From: an uncultured Flavobacterium sp.
GTDB taxonomy: Bacteria > Bacteroidota > Bacteroidia > Flavobacteriales > Flavobacteriaceae
Direction of reading: 5' to 3'
Assembly (NCBI GenBank): GCA_913061465.1
Contig: CAJXSU010000005.1
Span: forward strand, 504 to 64,503
DNA: 64,000 bases
How positions within the stretch are numbered: position 1 is the first letter of the stretch; every line of letters starts with the position of its first letter. Below the pieces are notes generated by a model. It worked only from the letters and a program-made list of their open reading frames with translations, did not search any database and was not told the origin of the DNA. Below, piece after piece: positions 49,529 to 58,559 of the stretch. Made by a program: the position numbers and the translations under genes.

Positions 49529-51325
49529 ATGAAGAATATTAGAAACTTTTGCATTATCGCTCATATCGATCATGGTAAAAGTACATTGGCAGATAGATTG
49601 TTAGATTATACAGGTTCAGTAACCGATAGAGAAAAGCAAAATCAGTTGCTAGATAATATGGATCTAGAACGTGAACGTGGTATCACTATTAAATCTCATG
49701 CCATCCAGATGGACTATAATCAAAATGGAGAAGATTATATTTTAAACCTTATTGACACTCCTGGACATGTAGATTTTTCCTATGAAGTTTCTCGTTCTAT
49801 AGCAGCTTGTGAAGGTGCATTACTAATAGTAGATGCAGCACAAAGCATCCAGGCTCAAACCATATCAAATTTGTATTTGGCTCTAGAAAATGATTTAGAG
49901 ATTATTCCAATTTTAAACAAAGTAGATTTACCTTCGGCAAATCCAGAAGAGGTAACCGATGACATAGTAGACCTACTAGGGTGTAAACCAGAAGAAGTAA
50001 TCCATGCCAGTGGTAAAACTGGTTTTGGAGTTGATCATATTTTAACTGCAATTATAGACAGAATTCCTGCTCCAAAAGGTGATCCTGAGGCACCCTTACA
50101 AGCTTTAATTTTTGATTCAGTTTATAATTCTTACAGAGGTATCGAAACTTACTTTAGAATTTTAAATGGCGAGATCAAAAAAGGGCAACGTATTAAATTT
50201 ATGGCTACAGATAATGAGTATTATGCTGATGAGGTTGGAACTTTAAAACTGAATCAAGTTGCAAAAAAATCAGTAAAAACTGGTGATGTAGGCTATTTGA
50301 TTACAGGAATTAAAACAGCTAAAGAAGTAAAAGTAGGAGATACCATTACAGATGCTCAAAACCCAACTACAGAAACGATTGATGGTTTTGAAGATGTAAA
50401 ACCAATGGTTTTTGCAGGAATTTATCCTGTAGATACAGAAGATTATGAGGAGTTGAGATACTCTATGGAGAAATTACAATTAAATGATGCTTCTTTAGTA
50501 TTTGTTCCAGAAAGCTCAGCTGCATTAGGGTTTGGTTTCCGATGTGGATTTCTTGGAATGCTTCATATGGAGATTATTCAAGAACGTTTAGAGCGTGAAT
50601 TTAATATGACAGTAATTACAACAGTTCCTAACGTGTCATATCACGCCTACACTAAAAAGAATCCAGAGGATATTGTTTTATTAAACAATCCTTCAGATTT
50701 GCCAGAGCCTTCAAGGTTAGAAAGAGTGGAGGAGCCGTATATTAAAGCCTCTATTATTACCAAATCAGATTTTGTTGGTCAAGTCATGAGCTTATGTATT
50801 GAAAAGCGAGGAGAGATTACCAATCAAACCTATTTAACAACAGAACGAGTTGAATTAACCTTTAACATGCCGTTGGCAGAAATTGTGTTTGATTTTTATG
50901 ATCGTTTAAAAACAGTTTCTAAAGGGTATGCTTCTTTTGATTACAATCCAATAGGAATGAAAACATCTAAACTGGTGCGTGTAGATATTTTATTAAACGG
51001 TCAACCTGTAGATGCGCTTTCTGCTTTATTGCATGCCGACAACGCCTATACAATTGGAAAGAAGATTGTTGAAAAACTGAAACAGTTAATACCAAGACAA
51101 CAGTTTGATATTCCAATTCAAGCAGCTATTGGAGCAAAAATTATAGCTAGAGAAACTACCAAAGCATTGCGGAAAGATGTAACTGCAAAATGTTATGGAG
51201 GTGATATTTCTAGAAAACGAAAATTATTGGAAAAGCAGAAGAAAGGAAAGAAAAGAATGCGTCAGGTTGGAAATGTAGAAATTCCTCAAGAAGCGTTTAT
51301 GGCTGTTTTAAAGTTAAATGATTAA
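49529..51325 (+). CDS. lepA: Elongation factor 4
   Basis: [46 protein letters not shown] -7 element TATATTTG lies at 49499-49506. Confidence 0.98.
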   Translation: MKNIRNFCIIAHIDHGKSTLADRLLDYTGSVTDREKQNQLLDNMDLERERGITIKSHAIQMDYNQNGEDYILNLIDTPGHVDFSYEVSRSIAACEGALLIVDAAQSIQAQTISNLYLALENDLEIIPILNKVDLPSANPEEVTDDIVDLLGCKPEEVIHASGKTGFGVDHILTAIIDRIPAPKGDPEAPLQALIFDSVYNSYRGIETYFRILNGEIKKGQRIKFMATDNEYYADEVGTLKLNQVAKKSVKTGDVGYLITGIKTAKEVKVGDTITDAQNPTTETIDGFEDVKPMVFAGIYPVDTEDYEELRYSMEKLQLNDASLVFVPESSAALGFGFRCGFLGMLHMEIIQERLEREFNMTVITTVPNVSYHAYTKKNPEDIVLLNNPSDLPEPSRLERVEEPYIKASIITKSDFVGQVMSLCIEKRGEITNQTYLTTERVELTFNMPLAEIVFDFYDRLKTVSKGYASFDYNPIGMKTSKLVRVDILLNGQPVDALSALLHADNAYTIGKKIVEKLKQLIPRQQFDIPIQAAIGAKIIARETTKALRKDVTAKCYGGDISRKRKLLEKQKKGKKRMRQVGNVEIPQEAFMAVLKLND

Positions 51326-51327
51326 AT

Positions 51328-51359
51328 AAAAAAAGCTTCGATTTATCGAAGCTTTTTTT
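51328..51359. terminator. Bidirectional intrinsic terminator between lepA and the metallopeptidase gene
   Basis: A7-GCTTCGAT-tt-ATCGAAGC-T7. Confidence 0.88.
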
Positions 51360-51372
51360 ATTTTCAGAATAG

Positions 51373-52071
51373 TTAATCTCTACTCCCTAAAACTTGAAGT
51401 CCCCAATACAATAGCATTGCTAAAGAACCTAGGGCAGCAACTAGATACGTTCTAGCAGCCCATTTTAAAGCATCTTTAGATCCAGCATATTCTTGCTGAC
51501 TTACCATATTTTTATTTTTTAGCCATGCTAATGCCCTATTACTTGCATCATACTCTACTGGTAATGTGATAAAGCTAAATGCTGTGGCTAAAGCCATAAA
51601 ACCCAAACCAACAATAGCAATATAAAATCCAATTCCAGTATTGTCTGAAGCAGCACCTAAAATTAAGCCACCAAAAACAAGCCATTGTGAAAATCTTGAG
51701 GAAACGCTCACCATAGGAACTAATTTAGATCGCATGGTCAACCATTCATAAGCTTGTGCATGTTGCACAGCATGTCCAACTTCATGAGCCGCTACAGCAG
51801 CAGCAGCAGCATTTCTTTGGCTGTAAACACTAGCACTAAGATTTACAGTTTTATTTCTAGGATCATAATGATCGGTTAGCATTCCAGCAGTAGACACCAC
51901 TTTAACATCTCTTATGCCATGATCTGCTAACATTTTTTCTGCAATCTCAGCACCAGACATGCCATTTCTTAAATGAACTTTGGAGTATTTTTTAAATTTG
52001 TTCTTAAGAGTATTACTCACCGCCCAGCTTGAAAGAGCTATAGCACCGATGATTATATAAAATTCTATCAT
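51373..52071 (-). CDS. Membrane zinc metallopeptidase (YugP-like)
   Basis: LTDHYDP, AAHEVGHAVQH (HExxH), TLPVEYDASNRA, AARTY. Confidence 0.9.
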   Translation of the reverse strand: MIEFYIIIGAIALSSWAVSNTLKNKFKKYSKVHLRNGMSGAEIAEKMLADHGIRDVKVVSTAGMLTDHYDPRNKTVNLSASVYSQRNAAAAAVAAHEVGHAVQHAQAYEWLTMRSKLVPMVSVSSRFSQWLVFGGLILGAASDNTGIGFYIAIVGLGFMALATAFSFITLPVEYDASNRALAWLKNKNMVSQQEYAGSKDALKWAARTYLVAALGSLAMLLYWGLQVLGSRD

Positions 52072-52165
52072 AATTTTTAATATTAAAAATGAGTATTCAA
52101 TTTACTTTGATACTTTTACATCATAAAGTATTCCAATTAAATTTTTTCATAAAAATAGTGACAAA

Positions 52166-53200
52166 ATGACAAGTAAACGAAAAATACTAATCATTTACAC
52201 AGGAGGTACCATCGGGATGGTAAAAGATCATTCTTCAAAAGCCTTGAAAGCATTTGATTTTAGTCAGATTTTAGAAAATATACCTGAATTAAAACAATTA
52301 GACTGTGACATCACCTCTCTTTCATTTGATGACCCCATAGATTCCTCAAATATGAATACACAATACTATGTTCAAATTGCAGAGATGATTGAGCAAAATT
52401 ATGAACAACATGATGGTTTTGTAGTCTTAACAGGGTCTGATACTATGTCTTACATTTCATCTGCCATTAGTTTTATGTTAGAGTATTTAGCTAAACCAGT
52501 TATTTTTACCGGATCACAACTACCAATAGGTTATCTGCGAACAGATGCAAAAGAAAATTTAATTACTTCCATTGAAATTGCAAGTGCACACAGAGATGGC
52601 CTTCCAATAATAAGCGAAGTATGTTTATATTTTGAGTATAAATTATATAGAGCAAATAGAACCACCAAGCTTAGTGCAGAACAATTTGAAGCATTTGCTT
52701 CAATGAATTACCCTCCGTTAGCTGAGAGTGGTGTTCACCTGAATTTTAATCAAGATTTTTTAGAAGTACCTACTCACACAAAAAAGCTAATCATTAGAAA
52801 AAACTTGTGTTCAGATATTGTAATCATTAAATTGTTTCCAGGTATTTCAATTAAGGTCATTGAAAGTATATTAAACGTTAAAGGGATAAAAGGAGTTATC
52901 CTAGAAACTTATGGAGCAGGTAATGCTCCAAATAATGAAGAATTTATCAAGTTAATTTCAAAAGCCATAGGTGAAGGAATTTATATTATTAATGTGACTC
53001 AATGTGTTGGGGGATCAGTTTTACTAGGTCATTACGAAACTAGTTCTCAATTAAAAGAAATAGGCGTTATAGACGCTAAAGATATGACTACAGAGTCGGC
53101 AACTGCAAAATTGATGTACCTTTTAGGAATTGGGATAAAAAAAGATGAGTTTGTCTTATATTATGAGCAATCTTTGAGAGGAGAAATAACAAATAAGTAG
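52166..53200 (+). CDS. ansA: Cytoplasmic type I L-asparaginase
   Basis: IYTGGTIGM, IDSSN, GSDT, TGSQLP, ETYGAGN, DMTTESATAKL. Confidence 0.9.
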   Translation: MTSKRKILIIYTGGTIGMVKDHSSKALKAFDFSQILENIPELKQLDCDITSLSFDDPIDSSNMNTQYYVQIAEMIEQNYEQHDGFVVLTGSDTMSYISSAISFMLEYLAKPVIFTGSQLPIGYLRTDAKENLITSIEIASAHRDGLPIISEVCLYFEYKLYRANRTTKLSAEQFEAFASMNYPPLAESGVHLNFNQDFLEVPTHTKKLIIRKNLCSDIVIIKLFPGISIKVIESILNVKGIKGVILETYGAGNAPNNEEFIKLISKAIGEGIYIINVTQCVGGSVLLGHYETSSQLKEIGVIDAKDMTTESATAKLMYLLGIGIKKDEFVLYYEQSLRGEITNK

Positions 53201-53413
53201 AGATTTTGTTAAATCTCCTAGTTTTTGGTAATAGTTGCATAAAAACTTTTTATTTTTTTTTAAGAAACCAACTATTTTTTGTTACTTGGTCATCTGAATT
53301 AAATTAAGCCTTGACTAGTTTCATTTTGAAACTTAATGACGTTTAATTTTTTTCTTTTCATGTAACATGATGTTATATCTTAAAAATTAAATTATTAAAA
53401 ATTAATTACAACG

Positions 53414-54139
53414 ATGATGAAAAAAGTAGTAAATATCCTTACAGTAACAGGATTCATGTTTTTTGGAGCTATCCAATCAGTATTTGCACAAGAGGCTGAG
53501 GTCGCTGAACAAACTTTTCACCAAGTATTAAAACAACGTTTTATTGAAGGTGGTCCTGGTTTTATGGGAATTGTATTGGTAGCCCTTATCTTAGGTCTTG
53601 CAATTGCAATAGAAAGAATTATTTATCTAAACATGGCTACTACCAATACTAAGAAGTTAATGACTAGCGTAGATGAGGCTTTAAGTTCTGGTGGTGTAGA
53701 AGCAGCAAAAGAAGTTTGTAGAAACTCAAAAGGACCGGTAGCGTCTATTTTTTATCAAGGACTTGATAGAGTTGATGAAGGAATTGAATCTGCAGAAAAA
53801 GCTGTTATTGGTTATGGTGGTGTACAAATGGGATTACTAGAAAAGAATATTTCTTGGTTATCATTGTTTATCGCTTTAGCACCGATGTTAGGGTTTATGG
53901 GAACTGTAATTGGTATGATTGACGCTTTTGACGCCATTGCTGTTGCCAATGATATTTCTCCAGGAGTTGTAGCGGTAGGTATTAAAGTAGCTTTATTAAC
54001 TACGGTATTTGGTCTAATTGTAGCGATTATACTTCAAGTTTTTTACAACTACATTATTTCTAAAGTAGATAGTATCGTAAACAACATGGAAGATGCTTCT
54101 ATTACTCTTATAGATTTATTAGTTAAATATAAAAAATAA
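53414..54139 (+). CDS. exbB: MotA/TolQ/ExbB proton channel protein
   Basis: APMLGFMGTVIGMI, ALLTTVFGLIVAI. Confidence 0.9.
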   Translation: MMKKVVNILTVTGFMFFGAIQSVFAQEAEVAEQTFHQVLKQRFIEGGPGFMGIVLVALILGLAIAIERIIYLNMATTNTKKLMTSVDEALSSGGVEAAKEVCRNSKGPVASIFYQGLDRVDEGIESAEKAVIGYGGVQMGLLEKNISWLSLFIALAPMLGFMGTVIGMIDAFDAIAVANDISPGVVAVGIKVALLTTVFGLIVAIILQVFYNYIISKVDSIVNNMEDASITLIDLLVKYKK

Positions 54140-54147
54140 GACGCCTT

Positions 54148-54600
54148 ATGAATAGTAAAATTTCAAAAATACTAACCATCATAGTGGCTGTTATATCTGT
54201 ACTAGGAATTGCATTATTTGTTAATGTTTCCTTTACTGATGGATCTCCAGAATCGGTTAGTAATGCTGTTGGACCTTTAATCGCATTCTCTTTATATTTA
54301 TTTTATGCAGCTGTGATTATAACAATAGGTTTATCAATAAGAGGATTAGTTAAAAATCCAGAAAATTTAAAAAAGACCTTACTAGGTTTAGGAGTTATGG
54401 TTGTTCTTTTAATTGTTTCTTACCTTTTAGGTGATAGTGAGCCTGTTTTAGATGCTCAAGGGAAAGTTTTAGAAGGCGGAGAATTAGGAGCTGCCTCAAA
54501 CCAATGGGTAGGTAGTTTAATATGGTACAGTACAATTTTAGTGCTAATTGGTGGCATATTTTTTGTAGTTGATTTAGCAAAAGGACTTATAAAATCTTAA
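54148..54600 (+). CDS. Conserved 4-TM membrane protein within the exbB-exbD operon
   Basis: Four hydrophobic segments; tightly spaced between exbB and exbD. Confidence 0.75.
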   Translation: MNSKISKILTIIVAVISVLGIALFVNVSFTDGSPESVSNAVGPLIAFSLYLFYAAVIITIGLSIRGLVKNPENLKKTLLGLGVMVVLLIVSYLLGDSEPVLDAQGKVLEGGELGAASNQWVGSLIWYSTILVLIGGIFFVVDLAKGLIKS

Positions 54601-54603
54601 TTT

Positions 54604-55233
54604 ATGGCAAGAAGAGAGACACCGGAAATTAATGCAGGGTCTATGGCAGATATTGCCTTCTTGTTATTAATTTTCTTCTTAGTAACTACCACTATGAATG
54701 TTGATTCAGGTATTTCTAAGAAATTATCAGAGAAACCACCACCAGATTACAAACCACCTATTATAAAGGAGAAAAATATCTTTGAAGTAAATATCAATAG
54801 AAATAACGAGTTATTGGTAGAAGATAATAGAATGGAGTTATCTGAGTTAAAGGAAGCAGCGATCAAATTTATTGATAACGGTGGAGGAGATGGTAAGCCA
54901 GGAGAAGATGGTACCCCAGGAGCACCTTGTGACTATTGTGAAGGTGAAAGAAGCCCATCATCTTCAGATCATCCTAACAAAGCAATTATATCTGTACAAA
55001 GTGATAGAGGGACTGATTACGGAACCTATATTGAAGTCCAAAATGAATTGTTAAAGGCTTATACTGTTTTAAGAAATAGATTATGTCAACAACGTTATGG
55101 AATAGCATATTCAGAATTAGAAAAGAGGTATAAAGACAGTAGAGGTTCTGAAAAAGATGATTTAAAGAAAAAAGTTGAGGATATTAAAACTAGTTTTCCT
55201 CAGATTATATCTGATGCTGAACCTACCTCTTAA
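54604..55233 (+). CDS. exbD: ExbD/TolR family protein (long form)
   Basis: INAGSMADIAFLLLIFFLVTT. Confidence 0.9.
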   Translation: MARRETPEINAGSMADIAFLLLIFFLVTTTMNVDSGISKKLSEKPPPDYKPPIIKEKNIFEVNINRNNELLVEDNRMELSELKEAAIKFIDNGGGDGKPGEDGTPGAPCDYCEGERSPSSSDHPNKAIISVQSDRGTDYGTYIEVQNELLKAYTVLRNRLCQQRYGIAYSELEKRYKDSRGSEKDDLKKKVEDIKTSFPQIISDAEPTS

Positions 55234-55253
55234 CATCAATAAAAACATACAAA

Positions 55254-55718
55254 ATGTCTAAGTTTAAAAAGAAGAAAAAAGGAATGCCTGCTGTTAATAC
55301 AGCCTCATTGCCGGATATTGTATTTATGTTATTATTTTTCTTTATGGTTACAACTACTATGAGAGAAACTTCTTTACAAATTGAAGCACCCAGATTACCA
55401 AGTGCTACAGAGATAAAGAAACTAGAACACAAGAGTCTGGTTAGTACTATTTATGTTGGTAAAGCAAAAGATCAAAAATATGGGACTGCTTATAATAGAA
55501 TTCAGTTAAATGATAAGATAGCTACGCCAGAGGATGTTCCGTCTTTCATTTTAAGAGCTAGAGAAGAGGTTTCTGAAGGTGAAATCCCTTTCATGACAAC
55601 TTCAATTAAAGCAGATAAAGAATCTAGTGTAGGAACGATTACAGACATTAGAATCAAATTAAGAGATGTCAATGCTTTAAAATTAAGTTATTCTACTCAA
55701 ACAGGAGCTGATAATTAA
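55254..55718 (+). CDS. exbD: ExbD/TolR family protein
   Basis: TASLPDIVFMLLFFFMVTT, IKAD. Confidence 0.9.
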   Translation: MSKFKKKKKGMPAVNTASLPDIVFMLLFFFMVTTTMRETSLQIEAPRLPSATEIKKLEHKSLVSTIYVGKAKDQKYGTAYNRIQLNDKIATPEDVPSFILRAREEVSEGEIPFMTTSIKADKESSVGTITDIRIKLRDVNALKLSYSTQTGADN

Positions 55719-55739
55719 ACGTAATACATTATTAAATAT

Positions 55740-55776
55740 AAAAAAGGGAATACAAATTTTTTGTATTCCCTTTTTT
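55740..55776 (+). terminator. Intrinsic terminator after the exbBD operon
   Basis: AAAAAAGGGAATACAAA...TTTGTATTCCCTTTTTT. Confidence 0.88.
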
Positions 55777-55810
55777 ATGTTATAATTTTAAAAATTATAA
55801 TTCATTACAT

Positions 55811-56482
55811 GTGAAAAAGCTTAATCTTTTATTTTTTATACTGTATTCATTAACCTCTTTAGCACAAAAAGATTCATTAAGTCTAGGAAATAAGTATGCT
55901 GAAGATCAGGTGTATTTTATGATTTCCTACAACCATTTGTTTAATCAACCTGCTATGGCAAAAGGTAGCGGTTTCTCATATGGTTTGTCTGCTGGGTTTA
56001 TGAAAGACCAGATTTTAAATAAACAAGGAAACATTTCTATGGCTGTTGGCTTTGGGTATAATTTTGATCTTTTAAATCATGGATTAACGATTACTCAGGA
56101 TAACAACGATATTATTTTTAGTGCAGATAATTCTGGAATTATTAATGAACTTTTAGTTCATAATTTAGAATTTCCTTTCGAGTTAAGATGGAGGGGTTCA
56201 GATGCACAAACCTACAAATTTTGGCGAGTTTATGCGGGAGTCAAAGCAAGTTATAATTTGTCAAATAACTTTAAATTTTCTGACCAATATAATTCATTTT
56301 CTTATCGTAATGTTTCTAGTTATAATACATGGCAATATGGGCTAACCCTTTCGGCAGGTTATGATGTTTTTACAGCCCATATATATTATGGATTAAACCC
56401 AATTTTAAAAAATACTTCACTTGATACCGTAAATATTTCCTCAAAAATTATGAGAATTGGTTTAATCTTTTATCTATTGTAA
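55811..56482 (+). CDS. Outer-membrane beta-barrel (porin family) protein
   Basis: Signal peptide, YAEDQVY, LEFPFELRWR, FWRVYAG, terminal IGLIFYLL; GTG start. Confidence 0.78.
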   Translation: MKKLNLLFFILYSLTSLAQKDSLSLGNKYAEDQVYFMISYNHLFNQPAMAKGSGFSYGLSAGFMKDQILNKQGNISMAVGFGYNFDLLNHGLTITQDNNDIIFSADNSGIINELLVHNLEFPFELRWRGSDAQTYKFWRVYAGVKASYNLSNNFKFSDQYNSFSYRNVSSYNTWQYGLTLSAGYDVFTAHIYYGLNPILKNTSLDTVNISSKIMRIGLIFYLL

Positions 56483-57076
56483 TGAAATAAATAGTAGAAA
56501 TTGAGATGTAAATCCTAAAAAAAAACCAATAAGAAGTTCGATAGGCGTATGCGCCTTTAAATATAATCTAGAGCTTGCCAATATTCCTGATAAAAATATC
56601 AAGAGTATAATTATAAATAAAATAGATAAATTATTGACATTGGTCATAATTAAAAAAAAACCAAGCATATTACCCATTGAAACAAGGTGTAAACTAGATT
56701 TTAATTTTGCGCTGAAAAGTAAATAAATACAAATTAAACTTAGTGATGTACCATAAAACAGAATACCTAAATTTCTGATCATAGGAATTTGTAGAATCGT
56801 ATTTCCTAAAAAATATAAAATAAGAATCATAAATATAACTGGAACCCGTCTTTCTTTTATGGTAGAAACCTGAAAGTCTTTAATAAATCCAAAATTTTTC
56901 AAAAAAAATAGAAGAAGTATAGGGACTATATAGGTTAATAAAAATATTAGTCCCAGTACTATTAATTGAAGCCTCTTTTCAAATGATTGTGTTACAAAAA
57001 TAAAATATAGAAAAGTACCAACAGTTGGTAATACAGTAGGATGCAATATCGTAGATATGACTTTGTGTAATTTCAT
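56474..57076 (-). CDS. Integral membrane protein with PAP2-like motifs
   Basis: Multiple TMs, KSSLH and SRLYLKAHTPIE (cf. PAP2 SRx5Hx3D). Start shares a base with the rpoN stop. Confidence 0.65.
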   Translation of the reverse strand: MKLHKVISTILHPTVLPTVGTFLYFIFVTQSFEKRLQLIVLGLIFLLTYIVPILLLFFLKNFGFIKDFQVSTIKERRVPVIFMILILYFLGNTILQIPMIRNLGILFYGTSLSLICIYLLFSAKLKSSLHLVSMGNMLGFFLIMTNVNNLSILFIIILLIFLSGILASSRLYLKAHTPIELLIGFFLGFTSQFLLFISLQ

Positions 57077-58533
57077 TAGAATTCCTTTCTCAATCGAGCA
57101 ACAGGGATATCTAATTGCTCTCTGTATTTGGCTACTGTTCTTCTTGCTATTGGGTACCCTTCTTCTTTCAGAAGTAACGAAAGTTTATCATCAGTATGAG
57201 GTTTTCGTTTGTTTTCTTCGCTGATAACAGTTTCTAATATTTTTTTTATTTCTCTAGTAGACACATCCTCACCTTGATCATTTTTCATCGATTCAGAAAA
57301 GAATTCTTTTATTAATTTTGTCCCGTATGGTGTGGATACATATTTACTATTTGCAACTCTAGAAATGGTAGAAACATCCATTTGTATTTTATCAGCAATA
57401 TCTTTTAAAATCATGGGTTTTAACTTTCGTTCATCACCAGTTAAAAAATAATCATATTGGTGATGCATGATAGAATTCATTGTTACCATTAAGGTTTGTT
57501 GACGTTGTTTTATAGCATCAATAAACCACTTCGCTGCATCTAGTTTTTGTTTTATAAAAATTACAGCATCTTTTTGAGATTTACTTTTTTTAGTAGATTC
57601 TTGATAGCCTTTAAGCATATTATTATATTCTCTGGAAACATGTAATTCTGGGGCATTTCTAGAGTTTAACGTTAGGTCTAGTTCTCCATCTAAAATTCGA
57701 ATAGAAAAGTCTGGAACAATTTGTTCTGCTATTTTGTTATTTCCAGCATAAGAACTTCCAGGTTTTGGGTTTAATTTTGAGATCTCAGTTATTGTATTTT
57801 TAAGCACTTCTTCATTAATGTCAAATTTTTCTAATAATTTATTGTAATGTTTTTTGACAAATTTATCAAATGCAGTTTCCAAAATGTTAATTGCCAAAAC
57901 TCTAACATCAGTCGAAGACTTAGACTTTAATTGTATGATTAAACATTCTTTCAGGTCTCTGGCACCAACTCCTATTGGGTCTAGTGTTTGAACAACCTTA
58001 ACTAAAACTTTCTCTATTTTATCTACAGTAGTAAAGAAGTTTTGTGTGAAGGCTAAATCATCTACTAAATCGTCAAGATCTCTTCTTAGATAACCACTGT
58101 CATCTATACTTCCTACTAAAAATTCAGCAATAGCATTTTCTTCATCGCTAAGACTAAAAGTATTTAATTGTTCTCGTAAAGATTGGTGAAAGGTTTTTCC
58201 AGCTGCATAGGGTACCTGTTTTTCTTCATCATCTGAAGAATAATTATTTGCTTGTGTTTTATAGTTAGGGATTTCATCATCACTAAGATAATCATCAATG
58301 TTGATATCTTCAGTATCTATTTTTTCTGTTCCATCATCATCAAATTCATTCTCTAAATCTCCTTCAAAATCATCTGTTTCTTCTTTCCCAGTATCAAGCG
58401 CTGGGTTTTCCTCTATTTCTTGCTTTAAACGCTCTTCAAAAGCCTGTGTTGGCAATTGAATCATCTTCATTAATTGAATCTGCTGGGGTGAAAGCTTTTG
58501 GGAAAGCTTAAAGTTTAGACTTTGTTTTAGCAT
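57076..58533 (-). CDS. rpoN: RNA polymerase sigma-54 factor
   Basis: Q-rich region I, DPIGVGARDLKECL, STISRV, RpoN box ARRTVAKYRE. Confidence 0.97.
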   Translation of the reverse strand: MLKQSLNFKLSQKLSPQQIQLMKMIQLPTQAFEERLKQEIEENPALDTGKEETDDFEGDLENEFDDDGTEKIDTEDINIDDYLSDDEIPNYKTQANNYSSDDEEKQVPYAAGKTFHQSLREQLNTFSLSDEENAIAEFLVGSIDDSGYLRRDLDDLVDDLAFTQNFFTTVDKIEKVLVKVVQTLDPIGVGARDLKECLIIQLKSKSSTDVRVLAINILETAFDKFVKKHYNKLLEKFDINEEVLKNTITEISKLNPKPGSSYAGNNKIAEQIVPDFSIRILDGELDLTLNSRNAPELHVSREYNNMLKGYQESTKKSKSQKDAVIFIKQKLDAAKWFIDAIKQRQQTLMVTMNSIMHHQYDYFLTGDERKLKPMILKDIADKIQMDVSTISRVANSKYVSTPYGTKLIKEFFSESMKNDQGEDVSTREIKKILETVISEENKRKPHTDDKLSLLLKEEGYPIARRTVAKYREQLDIPVARLRKEF

Positions 58534-58559
58534 GTTCTAAAGGTACAAAAAGAACTGAA

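Noticed and set aside
53201-53413. Possible tRNA between ansA and exbB
   Set aside because: No T-loop GTTCGA/GTTCAA, no cloverleaf, and the region is too AT-rich.
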